From an uncultured Nitrososphaerota archaeon (lineage in GTDB: Archaea > Thermoproteota > Nitrososphaeria > Nitrososphaerales > Nitrosopumilaceae), in NCBI GenBank assembly GCA_963824385.1, contig CAWGPD010000003.1, forward strand, positions 32,001 to 96,000: a DNA stretch of 64,000 nucleotides, read 5' to 3'. Within the stretch, counting starts at the first letter, position 1. Every line of letters begins with the position of its first letter. Positions 31,778 to 41,366 of this stretch are shown here, in pieces. The position numbers and the translations under genes were made by a program. Below the pieces are notes generated by a model. That model ran no database searches. It was given only the letters and a program-made list of their open reading frames with translations, and was not told the DNA's origin.

Positions 31778-33333
31778 TGCAATTCGTATTATTACAGGCT
31801 CTTTTCTTACCTTTGCTACTTTCTCCTGTAGCATATTACTTGGGGCGAAAATCAGGACCTAATGTTGCAGCCTGGTTTACTTTTGGATTATTATTGTATT
31901 GTACTGTACTAGTAATTGTTCCTGCACTTTCAGGAAGTTATGAGGAACACTACAAGTGGACTCAATTATTTGGTGAATTTGGACTGTTAATTGATGGTCT
32001 TGCATCTCCATTTGCAATCATAATTTATGTAATATCTACAGTACTTGTATTATTTTCAAAACCTTACATGGTTTCAAGAATTACTACCATGTTTGAAGAA
32101 CGAATGAGTTCTGAAAAACATTTGGTGGGAGGCGGTACCGAAGTCATAGAATCTTCCTCTCTGAAAGAACATCTGAATCATCAGATTGGAGCATACTATG
32201 CACTCTTTCTTGTCATGGCCATGGGAATGCTTGGAACTATCCTTGCAACTAATCTAATAGAATTTTATGTCTTCTTTGAGCTGATGTTAATTCCTGCATT
32301 CTTCATGTTGGCAATATGGGGATATGAAGGAAGAAGAAGAGTAGCACTACTGTTCCTTTTCTGGACTCATGTAGGAGCTGTAATTCTTTTACTTGGTTTT
32401 CTTTCAATTGGTCTAAGTGTTGGAAGCTTCAACTATGCTGATATCAAATCACATGGCATACCGCCACATGTTTTAGGTCTTGCAGCTGTTGCTATAATTG
32501 TAGGTCTTTCAGTAAAAATGGCAGCATTTGTAGTACACATGTGGCTTCCGCATGTTTATCGAGCTTCACCAACACCGCTCAATGCATTATCTTCTGGAGC
32601 AATGCTTGGAGTTGGTGCATATGGATTCTTTAGATTAATAGTAATGTTGATGCCTGGTCAATACGAACATCTTGCACTAGCCCTAAACATTTGGGGCTTG
32701 GCAACAATGATCTACGGTGGAGCAATGGCACTAGTGCAAGACGACATCAGAAAGCTGTTTGCTTATTCTAGTATTAGTCAAATGGGTTACATTATGTTTG
32801 GAATTGGAACTGTTTCCGTACTCGGACTCTCTGGTTCTGAAATGATGTTTGTTTCTCATAGTTTAGGTAAAGTAATTTTATTCATGATGGTTGGTGCAAT
32901 AATTTTGCAAGTCAAAACTCGTAGCCTCACAAAGATGGGAGGTCTTGCAGGAAAAATGCCAATAACAGCAGTTTGTGCAATGATTGGAGCACTTACTCTA
33001 ATGGGAGTTCCCCCAACCAGTGGATTCATGGCAGAATGGACCATGTTCTATGGTGCACTTCAAACTGCTATCCAACAAGGCTCTATGATTAGGATGGTTA
33101 CATTTGGTTTAGGTTTGGTTGCAACTGTTATCACAATGGCATACATACTATGGATGATAAAACGAGTTTTCTTTGGAAAACTTCCAGAAAATCTAGAGAA
33201 TACCAAAGAAGCAAACTGGTATGTTACAGGCCCAATGATGGTCCTAGCAGGATTTAGTGTCGTTATCGGAATATATCCTGACATATTCTTTAATCAAATA
33301 ATTCCTTTCATGAAAGGATTGGTGGGAGTTTAG
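31777..33333 (+). CDS. nuoM: complex I subunit M
   Basis: FYVFFELMLIP, HMWLP, AYSSISQMG, GFMAEW. Confidence 0.92.
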   Translation: MQFVLLQALFLPLLLSPVAYYLGRKSGPNVAAWFTFGLLLYCTVLVIVPALSGSYEEHYKWTQLFGEFGLLIDGLASPFAIIIYVISTVLVLFSKPYMVSRITTMFEERMSSEKHLVGGGTEVIESSSLKEHLNHQIGAYYALFLVMAMGMLGTILATNLIEFYVFFELMLIPAFFMLAIWGYEGRRRVALLFLFWTHVGAVILLLGFLSIGLSVGSFNYADIKSHGIPPHVLGLAAVAIIVGLSVKMAAFVVHMWLPHVYRASPTPLNALSSGAMLGVGAYGFFRLIVMLMPGQYEHLALALNIWGLATMIYGGAMALVQDDIRKLFAYSSISQMGYIMFGIGTVSVLGLSGSEMMFVSHSLGKVILFMMVGAIILQVKTRSLTKMGGLAGKMPITAVCAMIGALTLMGVPPTSGFMAEWTMFYGALQTAIQQGSMIRMVTFGLGLVATVITMAYILWMIKRVFFGKLPENLENTKEANWYVTGPMMVLAGFSVVIGIYPDIFFNQIIPFMKGLVGV

Positions 33334-33336
33334 ATA

Positions 33337-35421
33337 ATGGCTATTTTACCTTTTGATTTTGGTATTGGATTAGGAGCATTACGTGTATGGGGTATCTGGA
33401 TATTGCCATTTGTTGCAGCTGTGATAATTCCAGCTATTGCAAAAGGATCAAAGCGTGCAACAGGGTGGGTGGCAGTAGCATTTGCTCTGGCAAGTGCAGT
33501 TTCAGCTCTATCTCTTCTTCCAGCAGCTCTTGGTAATCACGAAATTCACAACCAAATTCCTTGGATATCATCAATTGGACTCAAGGCAGGAGTACTTGCA
33601 GATCCTCTTGCTGTCATGATGAGTAATGTTGTTGCATGGATTTCATTTTTGATCTTTGTCTATAGTACCGGTTACATGAAAGGGGACAAAGACCTAACTA
33701 GATTCTTCTTCTGGATGGCATTCTTCTTGGGATCCATGCAGCTTATTGTTTTATCTGATAATTTCTTGCAACTTTTCTTTGGATGGGAAGGAGTAGGTCT
33801 GGCATCATATGCATTGGTAGGATTTTGGTATAAAGACAAGAAGAAAGATTATGTTGGAACCGAAGGCCGACATGTACTTGGCTTGATGGATTACTACTCT
33901 CCTACTCATTCAGGAATAAAGGCATTCATCATGACAAAAGTTGGTGATGTTATGATGCTAGCAGGAATGTTTCTAATCTTTGCGTTTGCAGGTACTTTTG
34001 GATTTAGAGAACTAACTGCAAATACAAGTTGGGCCACTGCCATGGCTTCACAACACTTGCTTATTCCAGCTGCAGTTTTGTTATTTGGTGGTGCGATAGG
34101 AAAGTCTGCACAATTTCCATTAAATGAGTGGTTACTTGAGGCAATGACTGGACCTACAGCAGTATCAGCATTAATTCATGCTGCTACAATGGTAAAGGCT
34201 GGTGTGTTCTTAGTAGCTAGACTCACTCCTCTATTCTTTGCATTAGCGGCAATTGGAATTAACATGGATCAATTCTTTGAAGTGATTGCATGGGTTGGAG
34301 CAATAACTGCACTTCTTCTAGCTACTCAAGGAATGGTACATCCTGAGATCAAGAAAGTTCTTGCATATTCTACTGGTTCACAGATAGGCTATATGATGAT
34401 GGCACTTGGTGTTGCTGGTCTTTCAAGACAATTCGTTGATGGTTATACTGCAGGATTTTTCCATTTGATTTCACATGCTATGTTCAAGGCATCATTATTC
34501 ATGGCCGCGGGTTCTATACTCCATGTCGTAGGTTCTAGATTCATGACTGATATGGGTGGTCTTAGAAAATACATGAAAAAGACTTATGTTTTCATGTGGG
34601 CAGCCGGTCTTGGATTAATGGGTGCTCCGTTTATCACTACTGGTTTCTGGAGTAAGGATGCTATCTTTGGAGCAATTTATCAATCTGGTAATACTTGGGC
34701 TCTACCACTATTTTCAATAGCAGTTATTACTGCAGTAATTACCGCGTTCTATACAACTAGAATGATAGGACTGGTCTTCTTTGGTAATAAGAGTAAACAT
34801 ATTGAAGAAATGGAAAAAGAGGGACACCATATTCATGAAGCAAGTCCTTCAATGTGGGTTCCATATGGAATTCTTGCAGTGTTAACAATTGGAGTAGGTG
34901 TAATGGGTCTTGCATTTGAGCACCAAATTCATGATCTCTTTGTCAATTACTTGAGTTCTACATTTGGAATACAATCTAATGTAGGAGCAGTTGCAACAGA
35001 ATCTCAACCATTACTTGGTGGATTCCTAGAAGGTGTTAACCCTGTAGCCCTTATAGCATCACTATCTGCATTTGCCATTGGATTTGGACTAGGATATGTT
35101 TTCTATATTGGAAGATTTGCCGATCCTGTAAAATTTGTAAATTCAAACATATTCTTTTACGCTGTTCACAAATTCTTCTTAAACAGATGGTACCTTAACG
35201 CATTGATTTATTGGGCATTTGTAGTAGCTCCATTATACATTGCTAGAGGTGTTTACAAGTACTTTGAGAATTTTGTATTGGAAGGATTCAACGTGGTCCC
35301 AGAAAAAACTATGGCTGGCGGTGCAAGAATAATGCAAGCAACACAAACAGGAGTTTCACAATCATATCTTTACATTTTTGGAGTAGGTATACTCGTAGTA
35401 GTATTCCTATTGTTAATTTAG
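33337..35421 (+). CDS. nuoL: complex I subunit L
   Basis: GKSAQFP, AMTGPTAVSALIHAATMV, HAMFKASLF. Confidence 0.95.
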   Translation: MAILPFDFGIGLGALRVWGIWILPFVAAVIIPAIAKGSKRATGWVAVAFALASAVSALSLLPAALGNHEIHNQIPWISSIGLKAGVLADPLAVMMSNVVAWISFLIFVYSTGYMKGDKDLTRFFFWMAFFLGSMQLIVLSDNFLQLFFGWEGVGLASYALVGFWYKDKKKDYVGTEGRHVLGLMDYYSPTHSGIKAFIMTKVGDVMMLAGMFLIFAFAGTFGFRELTANTSWATAMASQHLLIPAAVLLFGGAIGKSAQFPLNEWLLEAMTGPTAVSALIHAATMVKAGVFLVARLTPLFFALAAIGINMDQFFEVIAWVGAITALLLATQGMVHPEIKKVLAYSTGSQIGYMMMALGVAGLSRQFVDGYTAGFFHLISHAMFKASLFMAAGSILHVVGSRFMTDMGGLRKYMKKTYVFMWAAGLGLMGAPFITTGFWSKDAIFGAIYQSGNTWALPLFSIAVITAVITAFYTTRMIGLVFFGNKSKHIEEMEKEGHHIHEASPSMWVPYGILAVLTIGVGVMGLAFEHQIHDLFVNYLSSTFGIQSNVGAVATESQPLLGGFLEGVNPVALIASLSAFAIGFGLGYVFYIGRFADPVKFVNSNIFFYAVHKFFLNRWYLNALIYWAFVVAPLYIARGVYKYFENFVLEGFNVVPEKTMAGGARIMQATQTGVSQSYLYIFGVGILVVVFLLLI

Positions 35422-35431
35422 GAGATAAAAA

Positions 35432-36919
35432 ATGATAGAATTTACATCAACACCAATTTTGTTAACTCTGATACTTGGAGCAGTTGGAGTAATAATTCCA
35501 GTAATTAATGCAGCAAGAAAAGAGAAAGGTTCCTCACTTTATGGAGTTATAACTTTTGGAGCCCTGTTATCTGCTATTGGAGTTGTAATCTATCAAATAC
35601 TTGCCAAGAACGTTACACCATCTGCAATATTTTCACAGAATGTTCTTGTTGATGACAGATTTGGATCATTCTTTGCAATAGCAATGCTGATTGTTGGAAT
35701 TATGACAACAGTTGGCTCATTTAACTACATGAGAGGAAGAGCAAACCCTGCTGTATACTATTCACTAATTCTACTTTCATCAATTGGAATGATACTGATT
35801 GCATACTCTACTGATCTAGTAATGTTATTTGTAGCATGGGAACTCATGAGCATTCCAACATATGTCTTGGCAGGATATCTCAAAAAGGATCCTTCATCAA
35901 ATGAAGCTGCAATCAAGTACTTTTTGTTTGGAGCTTTATCATCTGGTATCATAATTTATGGAATCTCAATTGCATATGGTCTAACAGGTTCTACCAATAT
36001 AGAACAAGTAATAGCTGGATTTTCAAAACTCAGTCCTGACATGATGCCACTTGGAATTTTAGCAGTAGGTATGTTCATAGCTGGATTTGGATTCAAAATT
36101 GGTCTAGTTCCATTCCACATGTGGTTACCTGACGCATACGAAGGTGCTCCACCTACAATTGCCGCATTACTTGCTGCTGGTACAAAGAAAGCTGGCTTTG
36201 CAGCAGTGTTAAGGGTAGTAATTATGGGCGCAATAGCACTAAATCTTCACTGGGCATTTGCACTTGCTATAATTGCTATTGTAACTATGACAGTAGGAAA
36301 TTTGGCTGCAATAAAACAGAGAAATCTCACAAGAATGCTTGCCTATTCCAGTATTGGTCAAGCCGGATATATTTTGATTGGTCTTAGTGTGGCACCAGTT
36401 TCACCAATTGGAATTCAAGCTGCATTATTCCATATCATGAATCACTCCGTAATGAAGGCCGCTGCATTCATTGCTGTTGCAGGGATAGTAACAACTCTTG
36501 GCGTAACTCACATTGAGAAAATTAAAGGTCTTGGCAAAAGAATGCCTATTACTGCACTTGGTCTTACGATATCATTACTAGCATTAGCTGGCGTACCTCC
36601 TCTTAATGGATTTTGGAGTAAACTGATGTTATTTGGATCAGCAATAGATGCAGGTCGCACTTTATCATGGGCCCCATATTTGGCCGTGGCAGGAGTTCTT
36701 AACAGTGCGCTTTCACTTGCTTACTATGGTTGGATAATAAGAAAAATGTATTTCGAAGAGGGAGAATCAAACAAGAGACTAAAAGAACCAAAATCCATAA
36801 TAGCAGTTATGATATTCTCAATTATATTTATGGTAGGAATTGGAGTATATCCAGATCCACTTATACAATTTGCAAAATCAGCTGTTCCTATTCTAAGCGG
36901 ATTGCCAGCTATACACTAA
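35432..36919 (+). CDS. nuoN: complex I subunit N
   Basis: EAAIKYF, PFHMWLPDAYEGAP, RMLAYSSI. Confidence 0.95.
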   Translation: MIEFTSTPILLTLILGAVGVIIPVINAARKEKGSSLYGVITFGALLSAIGVVIYQILAKNVTPSAIFSQNVLVDDRFGSFFAIAMLIVGIMTTVGSFNYMRGRANPAVYYSLILLSSIGMILIAYSTDLVMLFVAWELMSIPTYVLAGYLKKDPSSNEAAIKYFLFGALSSGIIIYGISIAYGLTGSTNIEQVIAGFSKLSPDMMPLGILAVGMFIAGFGFKIGLVPFHMWLPDAYEGAPPTIAALLAAGTKKAGFAAVLRVVIMGAIALNLHWAFALAIIAIVTMTVGNLAAIKQRNLTRMLAYSSIGQAGYILIGLSVAPVSPIGIQAALFHIMNHSVMKAAAFIAVAGIVTTLGVTHIEKIKGLGKRMPITALGLTISLLALAGVPPLNGFWSKLMLFGSAIDAGRTLSWAPYLAVAGVLNSALSLAYYGWIIRKMYFEEGESNKRLKEPKSIIAVMIFSIIFMVGIGVYPDPLIQFAKSAVPILSGLPAIH

Positions 36920-37760
36920 GCATAGTCAAGTCTAGAAGACTTTCCAACCTCATTCTTGCAGGACCGTCGTTAATTTTTCTTAATGCTAACTTTGCTTTAC
37001 TGGAATAATTCTTTAGCATTTCATCCATACGGTCAAATACGATTCGTGGATCAGAACTTTTCTTTATCAGTATATTAAATAATTTATCTTCGTTATTCCA
37101 ATCTTGTAAATCATCTCTAATCTGATATGCGATTCCCATATTCTTACCATATTCTGCAAATGCCATGATTTGTTCTTCATTACCTCCACCTAATATGGCT
37201 CCAATCTTTGCAGCTGCTTCAAATGCAGTAGCAGTTTTGTATTCCATGACCTTTACGTAATCATCAAAAGTAACATCATCACTGGTCTCTAGTCTAGTTT
37301 CAAGCATTTCTCCCTCACTCATCATCATTGCAGTAATTGCAAGCTCTCTTGCCATTCTTGCATTATCTAGACGAGATGATATGTTCAAAATCAAACCAAG
37401 AACAAAATCGCCAGTAATTATGCTTGTATTGTATCCATATTTTATGTGAAAAGGATCCTTTCTCCTTCTTAGAATTTCATTATCAATAATGTCATCATGA
37501 ATCACGGATTCTGTATGTAAAAATTCCACGGCACATGATGCAGTATATGCATTTTCATCACATTTTCCAATGCTTTCTGCTGCTAGGATGAGAATCAAAG
37601 GTCTTATCCTCTTTCCTCCTTCCAAAGCATACTGTAATGGTTCGAAGAATTCTGAGGCAGAATACAGTTCTAATTCATGCTTAATTGCATTATTGACTTT
37701 ACCGATGTATATTTCAAAGTCTTTTATGAGTGGATTTATCTCGAAATTCTTTCTATCCAA
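36909..37760 (-). CDS. polyprenyl (geranylgeranyl) diphosphate synthase
   Basis: GGKRIRP, FARM HDDIID, KTA, SARM QIRDDLQD. Confidence 0.93.
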   Translation of the reverse strand: MDRKNFEINPLIKDFEIYIGKVNNAIKHELELYSASEFFEPLQYALEGGKRIRPLILILAAESIGKCDENAYTASCAVEFLHTESVIHDDIIDNEILRRRKDPFHIKYGYNTSIITGDFVLGLILNISSRLDNARMARELAITAMMMSEGEMLETRLETSDDVTFDDYVKVMEYKTATAFEAAAKIGAILGGGNEEQIMAFAEYGKNMGIAYQIRDDLQDWNNEDKLFNILIKKSSDPRIVFDRMDEMLKNYSSKAKLALRKINDGPARMRLESLLDLTMLSV

Positions 37761-37812
37761 GAATTACACTAGCAATCGTAAATCACGGTTAGGATATTAA
37801 TGCTTTTGAGAG

Positions 37813-37906
37813 TGGTGCTCCAGCCGGGATTTTCATCATTAAGAATTTGAACCCGGGTCGGAGGATTGAAAGTCCCCCATGCTTGACCGGTCTACACCAC
37901 TGGAGC
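37813..37906 (-). tRNA. tRNA-Glu(UUC) with a 16-nt T-loop intron (37830-37845, position 59/60) and encoded CCA
   Basis: acceptor stem GCTCCAG/CTGGAGC; anticodon loop CTTTCAA; perfect bulge-helix-bulge around the insert. Confidence 0.93.
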
Positions 37907-37990
37907 CCAAATTGCATCCTAATTGTTATCCATAAAATCCTTTTGCAGCCATTCAAAAGATTTTTTTATTACCCGAATTTGATAATAGCT

Positions 37991-38628
37991 ATGAGTTCTA
38001 TTATTCAGAGAATTGACAAGATAATTGATGAACAGAGTTTGTTAAAGCACAAATTCTATGTCATGTGGAATGAAGGCAAATTATCAATGGAATCTCTTAG
38101 TGGCTATTCAAAGGAATACTTTCAATTAGTAAAAGCAGTTCCCTCATTTGTAGACAACGTTCTGGTGAAAAGCCCATCTGAAATTCAGAGTAAAATTGCT
38201 TCAAATAGAGATGAAGAATCTGAGCACATAGAACCATGGGTAAAATTTTCTAGTGCACTAGGCATATCACAAAATGAACTAAGAAATTATGCCGGTCTTG
38301 ATAAAACAAAACAAGCTATTTCAAATCTTTCATGTCTTATGAATTCCTTTGAGGGTGGAGCTGCCGCAATGTATGCTTTAGAGCAGGAAATTCCAAAAAT
38401 TAGTTTATCAAAGATAGATGGATTGAGAAAATTCTATGGTTTGTCAGAAGATGATGCAATAGAATATTTCAGACTTCACGCAGAAGCTGACATAAGACAC
38501 GCACTCTTTGGCGAAAAATCTTGGAAAAAACTTCTGCATCACAAGAGGATGATTTAGTAGAAACAGCCAACAAATCCTTAGCAGCTCAAAATCTATTGCT
38601 TGATAGCTGCTATGATGCATACTGTTAA
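37991..38628 (+). CDS. PqqC/TenA/CADD-like heme-oxygenase-fold protein (1-nt deletion at ~38503)
   Basis: HKFYVMWNEGKL, DEESEH, YALE, YFRLHAEADIRH; restoring AGCT extends the frame to ...AALWRKILE...CYDAYC*. Confidence 0.8.
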
Positions 38629-38670
38629 CTCTATACTATTTTATAGCGCATCTCAATTTGCTCTTTCGTA

Positions 38671-38744
38671 GGGCCCATAACTCAGCTTGGTAGAGTAACC
38701 GGCTCATAACCGGTGAGCCAAGGGATCGAAGCCCTTTGGGCCCA
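38671..38744 (+). tRNA. tRNA with CAU anticodon, most likely tRNA-Ile2 (agmatidine-modified)
   Basis: ACCGG-CTCATAA-CCGGT; the GGGCCC acceptor start is typical of archaeal Ile tRNAs rather than initiator (A1) or elongator Met. Confidence 0.8.
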
Positions 38745-38899
38745 CTATTTAGTTCCTTTTGTTGTTACACTGTATAGATTATGACCCTTTTTCTTCATTA
38801 GTAAAATGTTAATCTAGAATTAACAACCGATAACCATGATTTTTTAAATTTTCATTTTGATATACTAATTTTAAAATAAGCAGTAAATTATCTTCATTT

Positions 38900-38963
38900 G
38901 GCCGCAATGAAGAATCAGAGTTATAACTGAACTGATGATGTTAAGGCATTTGTCTGAGCTGCC
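38900..38963 (+). ncRNA. C/D box guide sRNA, predicted 23S rRNA targets
   Basis: C box ATGAAGA 38907-13, D' CTGA 38927-30, C' ATGATGT 38935-41, D CTGA 38954-57; 12-13 nt guides; TTTTAAAA TATA-like element ~25 nt upstream. Confidence 0.82.
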
Positions 38964-39042
38964 TCTATCTTAGAAAGAATTTGATAAATTTTATACAAGA
39001 AATGTTATAGAGTATATATAAAGTGCATATATATCCACGAAA

Positions 39043-39606
39043 ATGCCTCAAACAAAACCTATTGTTAGTATAGAAAATGTTGTGGCTTCAGCTTCTGTTG
39101 ATCAAAAAATTGATCTTAATATTATAACTCAAACATTTCCTGATGTTGAATATCATCCTGAACAATTTCCTGGTTTAGTGTTTAGAATAAAGTCTCCAAA
39201 AACTGCAACATTGATCTTCAGTTCTGGAAAAATGGTTTGTACTGGAGCAAAATCTGAAGAACAATCAATCGCTGCAGTACGAACTGTTGTTCAAAAATTA
39301 AGAAAAGGTGGAATTAAGATAAAAAAAGATGCTGTAATTACAATCCAGAATATGGTTGCCTCTGCTAATCTTGGTGGCAAGATACATTTGGAACAAGCTG
39401 CTCGGAGTCTTCCAAGAAGCATGTATGAACCAGAGCAATTTCCTGGTTTAATACACAGAATGATTGATCCTAAAACTGTAATACTACTATTTGCTTCTGG
39501 CAAACTTGTATGTACTGGTGCAAAAAAAGAATCAGATGTTTACAGATCAGTACATAATCTGCACACGCTTTTAGAAGAAAAAGAACTAATGATTTACAAT
39601 ATTTAA
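39043..39606 (+). CDS. tbp: TATA-box binding protein
   Basis: two repeats of NxVAS...Y(H/E)PEQFPGL...LxFxSGKxVCTGAK. Confidence 0.98.
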   Translation: MPQTKPIVSIENVVASASVDQKIDLNIITQTFPDVEYHPEQFPGLVFRIKSPKTATLIFSSGKMVCTGAKSEEQSIAAVRTVVQKLRKGGIKIKKDAVITIQNMVASANLGGKIHLEQAARSLPRSMYEPEQFPGLIHRMIDPKTVILLFASGKLVCTGAKKESDVYRSVHNLHTLLEEKELMIYNI

Positions 39607-39619
39607 TTTAGAAAATCTG

Positions 39620-40228
39620 TTAGATTGACTTCATCTGTTTTTTAATTCTATTCAAAGTTTGTTCATCAAGAATTTTCTCAGCATGCAAAGCATTGGAAAT
39701 TGCAAGTATGTCTGTAATCTCATACATCTTTACTTTCTCTTTTTCCAAGTTTTCCCTTGCCCCTTCAAGCCTATTGACTATGACAAATGCAGAATCCACC
39801 ATTATTTTGGCATCTTTTAAGGCTCTAATGGCATTAAGTAATGAATGACCCGTCGTTCCAACATCATCTACTAGAACTACTTTTGATCCCTCTAGTATCT
39901 TTCCCTCTATGAGACTACCGGTACCATAGTCCTTTGGTTTTTGCCTGATGTAAATTAGAGGCTTTACAGTTTCTATCGCTAATGCAGATGCTATTACAAG
40001 CCCTGACGTTGGAACTGACGCTATGTAATCAAAATTGTCTAAACCTATTTTCTCTGAAATCAAGTTTTGAAGAGATTTTATCATCTTTCTAAATTGATGT
40101 GGAAAACTTGGTACTAGTCTAAGATCTATATAATATGCGCTTTCTTTTCCACTAGAAAGCTTGAAATTTCCAAATTTGATTGCACCACTTTCTTGTAAAA
40201 ATATCGCAAATTCTTTGACAAAATCCAC
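39620..40228 (-). CDS. pyrE: orotate phosphoribosyltransferase
   Basis: FKLSSGKESAYYIDLR, VLVDDVGTTG PRPP motif. Confidence 0.95.
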   Translation of the reverse strand: MDFVKEFAIFLQESGAIKFGNFKLSSGKESAYYIDLRLVPSFPHQFRKMIKSLQNLISEKIGLDNFDYIASVPTSGLVIASALAIETVKPLIYIRQKPKDYGTGSLIEGKILEGSKVVLVDDVGTTGHSLLNAIRALKDAKIMVDSAFVIVNRLEGARENLEKEKVKMYEITDILAISNALHAEKILDEQTLNRIKKQMKSI

Positions 40229-40277
40229 AGCAAAATTTACCGAACTAGATTTATTTTAACTGTCCCATCGGTATGGT

Positions 40278-41366
40278 ATGCCTGAAATTTGGCTCAGTTA
40301 TGGACCCACAGACGTAGTTCTTGATGTAAAGGCAGAGAATCTTGAAAAACAGATAATTCCAGGCGGTGTGAACTTGACTGATTCAGAGATTGTATCAAAA
40401 TTGGAATCTCTTGACATGTCAAAACCTACAGAATTTGTAATTATGGAACATTCTAAAAGTATTCAAAAAGTTATCTCAGTTTTGTTGGATATCTGTACAA
40501 AGAAATCTTTTCCAAAACCTAAATTCTTGGTAGATAAATCAAACTTACATTCTCTAAAAAATATCTTCTCTGATCCCACCATATCTATATCTGAATTTAA
40601 TGCATCTCAATTTTCTAATGTAAATCTAATTTTTATTGGTGAGATGGAATTTGATGGATTATTTGGATACAATAACATCTCTACTAAATTATTGCGAAGA
40701 TTTGGTAAAGACAACATGCTTGAAGCATATGAAAAAAGAGAAGGAAATCTTCCACTTCCTGGATATGAGTTAAAAACTATGGATGTTGCAAAAAAATTTA
40801 CTGATGGATTTGAAATATCTGCCATTGAGATAGTAGCAAATCAAACGGGGGTAGTTGACATCGCAACTGGCCATCCATCATCTACTTCTTTGCTCTCAAC
40901 ATCGCTATCATCCATTGCAATACATCAGACTGAAAAACACAGAGTGGCAATTGTCAGCACTGGCAAAGAGGCAAGCAATGAAACATTGAGCAGATCTATA
41001 TCTACCATCTGGAATTGCTCAAATGCTATAAGGGAAGAAGGATTGGTAATTCTTCTTGCAGAGTGTAAACACGGATTGGGTTCTGAGGCAATTCAGCAGT
41101 ATGTAGATGGCAGAATGAGTTTAGATCGATTAAAGAATCCTTCCAAGTACATAGACGGAATGGATGATCTTTTATTTCTAACAGAAATACATAAAAAATT
41201 TGGGATTGGCATTGTATCAATTCTTCCACATCTTTTCACAAAGGATAAACTTGGCATGATTCCATTTACTGGAGCAAAACAAGCCATTGATTATGTTCTT
41301 AAAACATATGGTGAACGACAAAAAGTTGTAATTGTTTCTGATGGTTCACATGTACTACTTAGGTAA
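40278..41366 (+). CDS. LarA/DUF2088-like protein (divergent)
   Basis: N-terminal 'LSYG' and C-terminal 'EGLVILLAECKHGLG' resemble the lactate racemase C-terminal domain. Confidence 0.55.
   Translation: MPEIWLSYGPTDVVLDVKAENLEKQIIPGGVNLTDSEIVSKLESLDMSKPTEFVIMEHSKSIQKVISVLLDICTKKSFPKPKFLVDKSNLHSLKNIFSDPTISISEFNASQFSNVNLIFIGEMEFDGLFGYNNISTKLLRRFGKDNMLEAYEKREGNLPLPGYELKTMDVAKKFTDGFEISAIEIVANQTGVVDIATGHPSSTSLLSTSLSSIAIHQTEKHRVAIVSTGKEASNETLSRSISTIWNCSNAIREEGLVILLAECKHGLGSEAIQQYVDGRMSLDRLKNPSKYIDGMDDLLFLTEIHKKFGIGIVSILPHLFTKDKLGMIPFTGAKQAIDYVLKTYGERQKVVIVSDGSHVLLR

Noticed and set aside
26448..36919. complex I lacking nuoEFG, with nuoM before nuoL
   Set aside because: Ordinary for this archaeal group; not novel
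37847..37990. N-terminal extension of the 236-aa ORF
   Set aside because: Overlaps tRNA-Glu on the opposite strand; the real start is ATG 37991
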